Shown here: positions 1 to 12,300 of the stretch, one piece after another
Layout: every line of letters begins with the position of its first letter
Position numbering within the stretch: the first letter of the stretch is position 1
DNA from: Leptogorgia sarmentosa
Taxonomy: Eukaryota
Direction of reading: 5' to 3'
NCBI GenBank assembly: GCA_964658305.1
Contig: OZ210885.1
Span: 5,580,001-5,644,000, forward strand
DNA length: 64,000 bases
Translations under genes and position numbers: made by a program
The notes under the pieces: model-generated
What the model was told of the DNA's origin: nothing
Database searches by the model: none
What the model saw: only the letters and a program-made list of their open reading frames with translations

Positions 1-76
1 GAGTATTTCTACCCAATTTCGAGAACATGATTGCATTTCGTGGTCAGATATTTTGAGATTATTACAGCTTACTTAC

Positions 77-197
77 CCTCGAGACTCGAATTGAAACAAA
101 AACTCGCAATTTGTTTGGTTCCTTCTTCTTCAGCGACAATTACTGCTCTTAATGCAGATGCAATGAAAAAGATCAACAAGTGGAACTTTATATGCAT
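77..197 (-). CDS. Signal-peptide exon 1 of a further PAN-FReD gene that continues left of the window
   Basis: MHIKFHLLIFFIASALRAVIVAEEE...SSLEG followed by a GTAAGT donor; near-identical to 28847-28967. Confidence 0.75.
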
Positions 198-980
198 CGT
201 TGCTTTGCAGTGATCACCAATTTCCAAGTAACACTAACAGATAGATATTTTCCTAAAAAAAATTATATGAGGGGTAATATTAAAGGATTATTGACCGAAT
301 GTGGGGTCTGTGCCGTGAAATATCAGATGCCCAAAGATAAGCCTATTGCGAGCGACATTTGCTCAAACGAGTTTGCGCAAGCGCACTAGCCACATGGTGT
401 CATTTTACTGAACGCAGCATGGCGACTATCTCGAAGCGATGTCGACCAGAGAAAGGCTTCAAAATTGTAGAGGACGGAATAAGTTTAAAACCAGAGAAAG
501 TAGCACACAAACGTTTAAGAAAGGCAGAGAAGTCCTTGTTCCTTCTCATTGTTTTCTTCGTACGCTGCATCAACCGAAAATATATAAAATACAGTAATCC
601 CAACCAGCAGCCAAAACCTGGTAAACGCTGAAATCGAGATCATTGTGTAACCTTTTCAAACGCGAAATGACGGGATCTGAATTGCGCGAAAATTTAAAAT
701 TTTCCCACTAAAATGACCGCAAGGACCCAGACTTTCTGAATCCGAGTGTACGTTTTAACATTACGCATGGCAAAATGCGTTTACGGCGCTTTATACGCGA
801 GTCGCAGGCGCATTCACAGTGATTTTTATATAGTAAAGAATGATATATTACGCAACTTTGAGGCAAAAGCGACAGGGCTTTTTTTAACATCCAAAAGAAA
901 GACTTACGACAAGAAATAGCGCTATAACCCAAGGAGTCCCAAGCCGAGTGTATAAATTAAGAATGTTTAATATAAACCGA

Positions 981-1838
981 CATAGGCGTACGAGGCGCGG
1001 GGCGGGGGGGGGGGGGGGGGCGGGGGGGGGGGGGCGTGGAGGGCTGCAGCCCCACCAAATTTTGGGAAAGGTTGATTTTTTTGGGCACTGAAGGAAAATT
1101 TGGGCAAGTGTTTGTAGGTTGGCCTATTTTTGTTATTGTATGAAATTCATTTATCGACAATAACCATACGTTGATTCCCCTCTATTTGATTTACGTTCAG
1201 CTTGGGGGTGGGGGAGCAAAAATCCTTGATTCTAGAGTTAGACTCTGAAATGGCCATTTCCGGCGATCTAGAGACCCTAATGTTCAAAATTTTCTTCTGG
1301 GGTCAGGTTCGCCGCCCCCAAATGTTGGAAATGTTCCTACGTCCCTGTGTCACTGTTTTATGAATTAAACCCGAAGTTCTCGCAACATGCAAGAATCACT
1401 TATTTGAAATGCTTTCAGAGTTTGCTCAACTAATGATAAAGTCATACCAGCCGCAGCCTGCAGAACGTTTATTCAGTGCCCTTCGCCGACCGAAAACATG
1501 CATACCTCCGCAACACGATGAGTCAAGCGCGGGTGAAGAGCATCGCATATGCAAACACTGTCATGAATGATGCGATTGAGCGCATTATTGGCATATTTGG
1601 CAGCAGAAAGAGAAGAAACAGTTTCTTTTTTTGAAGCGCGCATTTTAATAGCGCCATTGTATACGTTAATCGCGAACGAACGCAATAATTATATATTATA
1701 GAACAGTGGAATTCGTATTTAGTTACTTGTTTAAATACATAATATTTTTTGGGCAATGTGGAATTTTTTGGGCAAATAGGCTCCCGCCCCCCCAATCCCC
1801 CCCCCCTCCCCAGAATTTACCGGTCCCGTACGCCCATG
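981..1838. mobile_element. hAT-type non-autonomous element
   Basis: TIR CATAGGCGTACG / CGTACGCCCATG; 8-bp TSD TAAACCGA (973-980, 1839-1846). Confidence 0.85.
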
Positions 1839-4800
1839 TAAACCGAGAAATGAGGTATTTTAGGGAAAAAAGCCATGTTTTCATTGCGCGATTGTATTAC
1901 GCGTGTGACCTGACACCTGATACTTCTGACCTAATGGCATTACATGTTTTGCCATTGGCCGAGGTTTTTCAGTATGGACTATGGACCGAGCGACGAAGGA
2001 GCGAGGTCAATTCAAAAAAACAGAGGTCTGGTATTTCACAGTACAGACGGAACAAGCGAGGCCAATAATCCATTTATTATGTGGCTGTATTGAGTCTTTA
2101 AGCGTGCTACAATTTCCACGCGAATTATAATCGGCTATCAATAAGAAAAATTTGTTTATTTGAATTTTTATCTCTAAATTTTACATTGGAACATTAAAAT
2201 GCAAAAATCTTTTCTGTTCGCAAAGTGAAATTTGGGAATGTTGCTTAAGTTCTCAATCTTGCTACTAAATCCAAAAGAATTGGCGTTCTGCTGGAAGTAA
2301 GCCTGTTTTGCGGTTGAATGGGAAAACTGACCTAACTGTAGGGAGAGCCTCCTTAAATTACATAGGGCAGATGTTCAATGCCTTTGAAACGATAGTTTCT
2401 GATGATAATTCAGTGTTAGTAAACTTAAAAACAACAGAAATTACGCTCAATTATCTATGAATTATGAATTTGGACTTGTTATTTATGAATTTGCAAGTTG
2501 CAACATGTTCATATAACAGAATTGTAGGTAACTTTTTGACTCGTTTTAAAACGGAATTCGTCAACTACGATATAAACTTTTATTCAGCTCACAAAGCTGA
2601 AGATGAAATTATCCCATCCAGCCGCAACTTCATGAAATATATCACATGCAGCAAAAATATACGTTTGCATCCGAACGAACTAGACACAGTTAATATATAT
2701 GTGCATGTTTATTCTTCAATTGCAGGGTATATATACATATACTTATATTTTTTCATGTAAAACATGTAAAACATTTTTGTTGGCAAAACCTACTTCGGCT
2801 ACATCTTGGCTTTCAAAGACTCATATAGTATGAAAACTTTCATTGTGAACTTCAATCCGTAGGTTGTATAATATAGTATAATATAACTTGTGAGATGATG
2901 CAGTGATGCTAATTCACACTAAACAACAAGGCGAATGTAAAAATGCATGCCGCATATATGGAGAAATTGTGCCAATGAACTTGTAATACACACAGCTAGT
3001 ACATAAGAGAGTTTCATCGCGGTGCACCAGGGCTAGATTTCACTGCTGAAAGTGTACAGAAGCATGCAAACAATATGACTCCATGGCTATCTGGTTGTTT
3101 GGGGCTGGTTGTATAAAACTCTTATAACTATACGTTTCATAACTACCCGTTTCATAGTTAAATTGTAGCTAACCTTTTCGCACGAACAGTTATGCTGGGA
3201 TAACTTTAACTACGTTTTCATACCAGCGCCCCCGGAGATGGATTGTCGGGTTTTCCAAAGTGTTAAAATACGTGTACGTGCGATCAAAAACTGAACGACG
3301 AATGGCGCTGTTTAGTATTTATAACAGAGATTTTCTAACAAATTGAGAAGTTTTATTCCAATAACTAACAACATTTAAACGACCAAAAAAGAATGCACTG
3401 TGTAACACTATAAACTCACCGGAGTTAAATTGGTATTTCCACTGCCGCAATTCTCTTCTCCTCAGTATATGAAGCAGGTGCTGTTATGAGTGATGTTTTA
3501 TGAATTCGTGCTCATATGCGCATAACAGTAAAATAAATATTTTTGTTTTGCGCTGCCTCTAACATTCAGAGCCATTATTAGACTTTAAAGACTATTACCA
3601 TCTTTTACCCAGAGTGCATGAGCTGTAATTTATGGTTTACGGCATAGCTAAAACTCCTAAGTTGTAATAATTGTATAAAATTAAGACACCCACAGGCACG
3701 TGGCTTTATAATACAATAATAGTATTCTAGTGTTAATATATTATTCCACTAAGGGCCCGTTTCACTACACGATCCTGCAACTTACGTTACGATTTTCGGT
3801 GCAATTCTTTTCTTTTAAGAAACACTGGATTGCCGGAAACGGCGATTTCAGAGTCCTAACTCCACTTTCTCGTTCAGGTGAACGACTGGAGGATTGTTGA
3901 CATTACCTTATTCCTCAGATTTTTGCCCGAATTATGCTCAAAATCAGTGCCCGAATTTTCCAATTTGAAATCTTTTGGGGGGCAGTTGCCCCCTTGCACC
4001 CCCGCCTCGTACGCCTATGATGCTATAAGTGGGTTGAAGTTTGCAATCTTATCGTTGTCTATAGACGCAGATAGTTCTTCAGTAATTTAGGACTCTAGAA
4101 CTTCCTGGCTTTCAATTGACCAATTTTCAATCAAAATTTATGTTTTTTCGAAACCCCACAGTAACTGAAATTTTTTATTCACTGTTTTTGTTGGGCCGGT
4201 AAATAAGCGTTTGAACTGGGGCCGGGGGCAAATGCCCCCATTGCCCCCTAGATAATCCGGCACTGCGCAAAACAAAAGTTCACTGCCGGCAATATATTGA
4301 CGAACTTATCTTGTGTTCCAATCCGTAGTCGTTTGTTCCCATTTCTCAGCGTTTTATATCTTCTGAGCGTTTCAAGTCTCACAGCGTAGATCTTGGTCTT
4401 TGTTTTCGCCTTTCCAAAGGCCAAAAGAAGTTTTAAAAAGCTTCGGCTCTTCGTGATAGTCCACCATAATTTTAAGATCAGTGATGACCACCCTTACAAA
4501 AATTGGCCGCTAGCAGAATTTTTTTTTGGGAACATTTTAAGGCTTGGTTACCAAACACTGATCTATATTTTCACTGGACACACTTTATCGTCGAGAATAT
4601 TATATGAGAGTCCGAACAGAAAATATTGTCTTTTCTTTTTCTTTTTTTTTTTGTTTTTCTAATCCTGGCCCAAACAGTAATTCTGACCCTAACAACAAAA
4701 TGACAAAAAAACACAAAATGACAAAAAGCCAACACGCGAGAATCGAACCTGCAGGGTCGCTAATGGCGAGTCCTGACCATTTCGTCTGAGCTAAATAAGC

Positions 4801-5374
4801 TCGACAACTTGCCGGTAAAAACCTTTTATATGAATAGAATTTTGCAATACGTAATGTAAATGAAATGAATGCTTAGTAACCAAGCCGCGAAGTGATCCCA
4901 AAAAATTGTTCTGCTGGCCGCCATTCATAAGCCAAAATGGCCGCCAAATCGAGCAACTCGGCTTTACCCTTGTAAAGTCTTTAAATCGCGATTAATTTAA
5001 GCTTTTTGGTTTATACACACTGCAAAAAATCCATTTCTGGATATGAGTAAAATGACTCAAAAATTGAGTCAAGATGCTCACGTTTTGAGTGAATTGAAAT
5101 TGTTACTCAAATAGCTGAGTAAAAATACTCGCATCTGAGAGTAAGCACTATTTGCGAGTAATTTTACTCAATCATGCGAGTAATACAATACTCACTATAT
5201 TGAGTAAAAATTCATCTTGAGTCATTTTAACCAACAACATGAGTCAATTGACTCAAAAGGATGAATATTTACTCAACCGCAAAAACAATACTCAAAAATT
5301 TGAGTAATTTGAACTATATAACTCAAAAGTTGAGTAAAGTCAACAAAATGTCAAAACAAGTTACTCACAGATAT

Positions 5375-6240
5375 CCACGACATGAGTAACTTTACTCACA
5401 GCTACTCATGACATGAGTAAGTTCACTCACAGCTAACACGACATGAGTAACTTTACTCACAACTACCATGACATGAGTAACTTTACTCACAGCTACGCAT
5501 GCATGACATGAGTAACTTTACTCACAACTACCATGACATGAGTAACTTTACTCACAGCTAGGCATGACATGAGTAACTTTACTCACAGCTACTCATGACA
5601 TGAGTAACTTTACTCACAGCTACGCATGACATGAGTAGCTTTACTCACAACTACCATGACATGAGTAACTTTACAAGTGGCGTAGGAAGGGGGGGGGCAA
5701 AGGGGGCACGTGCCCCCCCAACTTTTTTCAAGTGACTAAAAGTGCCCTTTTTTTGTGATGAAAAGTGCCCTTTTTGGTGACGACAAGTGCCCTGTTTTGT
5801 ACAAGGTAATGTCGCTGCAAATACTAAATTAACAGAAAAGGTGCCCTTTTTGTTTGGAAAATTAAAATTTTTTAAAGAGAATTTTTCAAATACACCCATT
5901 TCGGGTCGTTTTTGTCGCCAAAAATGGTAGACTCGCGGAAAAGAGTTGGCTACAACTCCGCGCCTCCCCCCCTCCCCCCCCCCACTCACCAACATTTCCG
6001 GGAAAAGTTTTTATATGCACACAATTCATCAACAAAGTGCCCGTAGTGCGGTGCCCCCCCAAACTTCAGATGCTTCCTACGCCCCTGAACTTTACTCACA
6101 GCTACGCATGACATCAGTAACTTTACTCACAGTTACGCATGACATGAGTAACTTTACTCACAGCTACGCATGACATGAGTAACTTTACTCACAGCTACGC
6201 ATGACATGAGTAACTTTACTCACAGCTACTTATGATATGA
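5375..6240. repeat. About 29-bp minisatellite (CATGACATGAGTAACTTTACTCACAGCTA) interrupted by a MITE
   Basis: Directly tandem units with no unique spacers. Confidence 0.9.
5675..6087. mobile_element. hAT-type MITE nested in the minisatellite
   Basis: TIR AAGTGGCGTAGGAAG / CTTCCTACGCCCCTG; 8-bp TSD AACTTTAC. Confidence 0.85.
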
Positions 6241-6793
6241 AGATTGTCATCGTTGCATATACGTAAAAATTTGCATAACTGCCAACATGAACCAATCAGT
6301 GAGTCCCAAAGGGATACCGTTGAGTCACATAATTGTCTATTCGGCACCTGGAATCCTACACGTGTATCCTGCTTCGTGTTCAGAGCAAAGTTTCTTGTGG
6401 TCGAAGACCCGCTTATACTGCCGAAAGTTAAGCTTTTTTAAATCTCGCTATTATGGAGCAAGTCCAGGAATGTTTGAAGAAAAATGGTTTTGAAGAATAT
6501 CGTGACAGATATTCCTTGGTAAGTTATTGTGGAATAAAATGTATTAATGCGCTATTTAAGGCGAAGCACGTTTGTCTATATATCTGCCGATTAACGGTGC
6601 CGAGTATTGACGTTTTAAGCCTAGTTATAGGTTTGTGTTTTTGAAATACGTTCTGCTTTGTTTATTTGTGAAAACGCAATTTGCAATTGTGACTGTGTGC
6701 CAGCCGGAATACCGTATAAGCGGTATAATCAAAGGAGTTTGATGTCACTAAACACCATGAGCAGTGGTTGCTAGTAATCACTCAACTAGCTGA

Positions 6794-7100
6794 TGCTATA
6801 AATTACCTGCATAACAAAGAAATTCTTCATAATGACGTAAAGTGCGACAACATATAGACATATTACTTGTAATCTGCTCGCATTTGTGTTGCCCAATACT
6901 TATTGACTTTAGTAAGGCATGTGTTATCAATAAAGCAAAGAAAAAAGCTTGTAATCTGCTCGCATTTGTCTTGCCCAATACTTATTGACTTTAGTAAGGC
7001 ATGTATTATCAATAAAGCAAAGAAGAAAGCTCAGACACTTGAGGAACAACAATCACAACACAGTCGTATTGCTCCGGAAGCAGTCGATGGTACACACACA
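6794..7100 (+). pseudogene. Protein kinase fragment inside the CACTA-like element
   Basis: YLHNKEILHNDVKCDNI* ... LIDFSKAC ... IAPE (catalytic loop, DFG-like and APE motifs); stop codon and an internal duplication of about 82 bp. Confidence 0.75.
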
Positions 7101-7515
7101 CCCTGAGTTAAAAATGATATTTACTCTGCATGTTGATATTGTCGTTTCAAAGATGTATAGCCGTTGCAAGTACCGACCTTTTGCGAGGAGATGTTCAGAA
7201 AAATTCCCTTCCAAGTGTGATACGGAGCAGTTAATGACGCTTGTGAACAGTTCAAAGAGTTAAACCGATATACATGCACTGCATGTAACAGTGTAATATG
7301 CATGTGCTTGATAGTGTACCGTTCACCATGCAATTCAGGGATTAACTTAACATTCTGTAATAACAGTATACATGCAAAGTAAACAGAAAGTCCAGAAATA
7401 AATATCTTAGTATAGGAAATTTTACTATATGTTGTCACGTGTTGTCATATCACATATGCATGTGATTTGTTGCAAACAACTCCGCATTCGTGATAAATCT
7501 ACACATAACTCAATC

Positions 7516-7849
7516 CAGTGGCGGCGGAACAGGGGGGGCTAGGGGGCTAAAAGCCCCCCCCAGAAGTAAAAGTGGGGGGGCTTAGCCCCCCCAAAAATAC
7601 ATAAAGAATGTCAGAATGCGAGACACTGAGTCATGAGATGATCAAATAATCTACACTCTACAGTATGCACTATGCACAATTGCATATCCTGTATCCGTAT
7701 TTTTGTAGATTTTGAACAATTTTTCAAAGTAGGAGACATCACTACAGTGACTACACGATATGCCGTTTGTGTTTCCACCTAGACAAAAACTACGATAAAC
7801 TTTTTTTAAATTTAGCCCCCCCAAAATAGAATATGTTCCACCGCCCCTG
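7516..7849. mobile_element. hAT-type MITE
   Basis: TIR CAGTGGCGGCGGAAC / GTTCCACCGCCCCTG; TSD ACTCAATC / ACTCAACC. Confidence 0.82.
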
Positions 7850-7871
7850 ACTCAACCTCTGCACATTTTAG

Positions 7872-8191
7872 GAGGAATCCACGGTTGAGGAAATCGTCGA
7901 AGGTGATCGGAAAGATTACCCAAACATTTGTATCAAAGGTGACTGCCGAACACCCGAACGAGTTGTCATTGCGGCAGAACGCACAGTGTTGTTCTCGGTG
8001 GAAATTGTGGAATCGTTAAAGCAACTTTAGCACTGCTGGAAACGTATTACGTATTTATGTTTGAGTATCCTCAAATATTGAACAACTTTTATTTATATTT
8101 GCAAAAATGCGTTTTAAATGTACAGGATGGGAAAAAACGTCCTGCAGCAATTGTAAATTTTGTTAGGGACATGGATTTGTATTACAAATAA
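7872..8191 (+). pseudogene. SAMD3-like / EnSpm accessory ORF C-terminal exon remnant
   Basis: ...ALLETYYVFMFEYPQILNNFYLYLQKCVL... after one frameshift; a SAM-like first exon MEQVQECLKKNGFEEY with GTAAGT donor lies at 6453-6518. Confidence 0.55.
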
Positions 8192-9337
8192 CTGTTGCAC
8201 TGGTACTTGTACTGCTTGGCTTTTAGGAAGGAAATTGGTCAGTATAAGTGAGTAAAATTTGGACTTTCCTGGTGCGTTTTCTGTGAGTCAGATTAACTGT
8301 ACTTTCTGGGTAGAATTACTCGTGAGTTTGAGTAAGGTATAATTTTACTCAACATTATGAGTGAGAATTACTCATAAATTTGAGTCAATTTGCATTTTAC
8401 TCACGATGTCGAGTCACTGTGGGTGCATTTTGCGTGAGTCAATTTTACTCAAAATTTTGAGTGAGAATTACTCATAAATTTGAGTCAATTTTCATTTTAC
8501 TCAGGATGTTGAGTCACTGTGGGTGCATTTTGCGTGAGTCAATCTCACTCAACATTTTGTGTAAAATTACTCGTAAGTTTGAGTCAATTTTCATTTTACT
8601 CAAGATGTTGAGTCACTGTGGGTGCATCTTACTTGAGTCAATTTTACTCAACATTTTGAGTAAAAGTACTCTTATTTTGAGTAAATTTTACTCAACAATT
8701 TGGGTCACTGTAGGTGCATCGTTATACTCAGAAATTTGAGTCAAAATACTCAGAGATTTTTTGCAGTGCACGAGCCATGGGCGTAAGCCCGGTGTGAGGG
8801 CACTAATTCCGTACTGTTCCGAGGGTACTAATTCCGTACGTATTCGCACTCTGGTGAGGACTGCATATAGCGGAGTTGGAGATTCGTCACTGACCCTATT
8901 TATAAAGTTAATGACGGTCTCCGGCAAATTTTAAGAATTTCGTGTTTCGCTGTTATTGGCCAATTCTACAATTTCAGGAATGAATTTCCACAGACTTCCA
9001 CGGGCGAACGGTTCGTAAATGTTTAACTGTTGGGAACTGAAATAACTCGGATTATTCCACAATAGCACTGTTAAATCACAGTTCCACAAGCTGATTTAAA
9101 AGAACCTTCTTTGACTGTATAACAGTAGTGATGCAAACGAAATCTTATATAATATTTAGTGCATGAAATAATGTTGGTGCATTTGCTGCAGACTGGAATG
9201 AAGACAAAATGTTCTAACAAAAAATTTATTAATTCACCTCCGAATTACATTCAAGCTAATTGTACATGCTGAATTTCAAATGAAACATCCAAATAGGATA
9301 TCAAAATAATTCATTAAGTTAAGATTTTACATGCATA

Positions 9338-12300
9338 TTAGAATCCAGACGGCCTGAGTTTCATTTCGGTTTTGTTCAAGGAATAATGGAATCCCTTCCA
9401 CGTCCTCCAGTTCACGCCATCAGCGCGCGTCGTGTGCGGGCCAAGGTAATAAAAGCCATTCAAATTTGACGCGTGGCAATCCTTATACCACCAGGCTCCT
9501 TTGAACTTCACGGCGCAATTTCCGTTACTCATATCGTTTTCCACATCTCGAGTGCTGAAGGCCATGTCACGTTGGCCTCGAAAAGAGTCGCCAGCCGTTC
9601 CTGAAATTGGAGGTTGTAAATAACATAATAAAAATAATAAAAATTAATACTCTCTTCACATCCTCGGTAAAGCCACAATCAGAGATTAAATGCTATGAAA
9701 TGTTTTGATATATTCTAGTTTCTATATCAATCCCCGGTAGCTACTTGTTTCGGAACGAACGTATAGTGATTGTAACGACAGGGCGAAATTTCAATACACA
9801 GGTCGTTCGATTTGTAAAATATTGAATAAAAGAGTTACAAATACTCCAGGAAGTATGAATGCCGAATGGTTTTCGGTGCAGAATTGCGTCATCCATGCAC
9901 GCGGGATGTGTCGAGAGTTTCAGAGAACGTAAAAATCACGAGCAATAGGCAAGTGACTTTCAGCTTTCGGAAACTCAACCCACATCCCAAGTGAATCGAT
10001 GACACAATGCTGTATTTATTATATAAATGTGTTTTTTCATCGAAAAATCCGTATTGGAACTGTTACTAATTTACATCCATCGAAAAGAGAAACTCGCACT
10101 AGAAATCGAAGCAAAAGTTGCAATGAGAAATGGCGCTTTTGGCTTTACTTTTGCAGTGGAGTCTTCACTAGAAATCTATCATGGAGCTCACAGTGTCAAC
10201 CATTGTCTCGTATTTGAAACTGTGTTATCATGATTCAAGAAGAATACCTGAATATGTGCCCAGACTCAATTTATACTTAGCATCTTCTGAAGCGATGGCA
10301 AAGCTGCTGTATTCAGCGTACGTTGTGTTTCCTGTTGTGTCCCACAAGTCGAATCGAATAACTTTTGTACCGACATTTGTTAGTCGGTTGATTTTGTCCA
10401 GACCAAGCCAATATTCGCCAGCGGGATCACCAAAACCATTTTTGTAATCTGTCCAGTTGCGGTAGAAATCTACACTACCGTCAACACGTCTTTGAATGAT
10501 CGTCCAACCTCCTCCTGATGTCGTCATATCACATCTTACTCTAAATGCGCCTTTGCCGTCTGGATCAATGGAATAAACACCATTTGTTGTGTGACCTTTC
10601 TTATCAAGATCAGCGCAATTCTTTCCTGGAATAGAAAAGACATTTCAATTCATGTTCAACACATCTTTAAAGCTGGATCACCGACCGAAGATGTTTTCAT
10701 TCCAGTAATCACCTACATACCATTGTATAATTCGAGAGAATTGTGGTAAGGGGTGTAGCTCCCTTATGAAAAATACACATGTGGTTCACATATGGAATTG
10801 GAACAATCACATATGATTCATATATTATTCACATGTGAACCACATGTGAACTGAAACACATGTAAAAACCCACATGTGAAACACATGTCGAGATCACTTT
10901 ACCCTAGTTTACCCTAAAACGTCGTATGACGTACAAAAACAGACACACGCGTTGAGCCCATCTTGCCCTCAAGGATATACTGCGCGCGTATACTGTGACT
11001 GCAAGAACGTCCTGGACAAATTAAATTTATTTTCTAAGAAGCTCCTATTTGGTCAATTCAAAATTGTCCTTAAATATTTAAACAGGAAAATAAAACTGGC
11101 TATTTGGATACTGATCATAGTGTAGCTTTGAAATATCGGACGTAATAAATGGAAATTAATTAAGTGGAAATGGAAATTACGTGCCCTGAGTTACCTGTGC
11201 TACTGTATATGTAATTAGCTAAAGATTACTAAAGAAATCAAGAGCCAAATACCGTGAAGCAAAATGTAATCACTAATACCTTTTATACTGCCATTTGAGA
11301 CCTTCGTAAAGCAGCTGTCATTGTATTCCTATATAATATAGAAATCGATAATTTATGCATGGACAATCTTATCTTTTGTGGTAATAAAATTACAAAGAAC
11401 TGTTTTTAAAAATGCTGTTTCACCTAAGCGGGACGAAATTGTTCAGAAAAATTGAGATATCAAGTCTGCAATTTCGCAAGGACGGTCGTTATAATTAGTA
11501 GTAAGGGTGCAGCTATAGCTTTGTCGAGTCAGCATTTTTTCGGGAGCTCTGACCCCTAAAATTTAGTTACCAGGCTGACCGTGTGAGAGCGTTGCGCGCG
11601 CACGTTGAGCGGAAATACGAAATAATGATTGTTTTACAATAATGGTCTTATTCACTCAAAACGGACGAGAACACAACGGGTACGTCAGTCTATTTGTTGA
11701 GTATACTTGAGAACTGTTGGTGTGAACGAATCTGAAGAGAATTATGGCCCATCTGTTTGATCAAATGTATGTCGATGAGGTTGACTTTAAGGCTCTGACT
11801 ATTGAAAAACTTATCGATCTTGTCTTTACGGAGATGATTTACCGTAAGATCCAAAAACTGGAAGAGGAGACACGAAAGCAGGACCAGATTGACGGTAATC
11901 AGTGGACACGATTTAGAGAGCGCTTTGAAGTTGATGATGATGAGGAACGATGGATGAACTATGCTGAACGGGCTTTGTCATTGTTGAATCATGAACTTGT
12001 GTGGCAAGGAATTGTTGGAGTGTGCAAGATATTGAAGTATCCTGAACCATCAGCTTCGCACAGAGAGTACTTTGAATCGCTTTTTGAATTTTCATGTTTT
12101 GTGTGGTTTCAGATATATTCTGAGTCGGAAAGAACTGTATCTATTAATAATCTTTTGGACTATGTTATGTGTGTGTACAAATTAAAATGTAATATGACTA
12201 TGTAATAAACTAAATAATATGTCATTTCAAAACATGGTGTTTTTGTTGTTTTTTCATCATTTTACGCTGATGCTAGTGCTGTGTATACACTACATATTCG

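Larger units (their letters stand above)
5018..8768. mobile_element. Non-autonomous CACTA/EnSpm (CMC)-like DNA transposon, 3751 bp
   Basis: TIR CACTGCAAAAAATC...GATTTTTTGCAGTG; 2-bp TSD CA (5016-17, 8769-70); empty site TTTATACACGAGCC at ~51504; dense subterminal TGAGT/ACTCA repeats at both ends. Confidence 0.88.

Noticed and set aside
2464..2760. Recurrent short ORFs (also 29619, 33968, 27726, 41063, 47037, 61333, 48324, 62622)
   Set aside because: They recur only because intergenic or intronic DNA was duplicated; they show no protein motifs, and frames differ between the more diverged copies.
5375..6240. CRISPR-like array of ~29-bp palindromic repeats
   Set aside because: Units are directly adjacent with no unique spacers, there are no cas genes, and the context is eukaryotic; it is a transposon-internal minisatellite.
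10915..11012. Extra FReD-gene exon (CAG|GACGTTC...AGG|GTAAAC)
   Set aside because: Stop codon in the required phase-1 frame in copy D, and a 4-nt indel in copy A relative to B and D.
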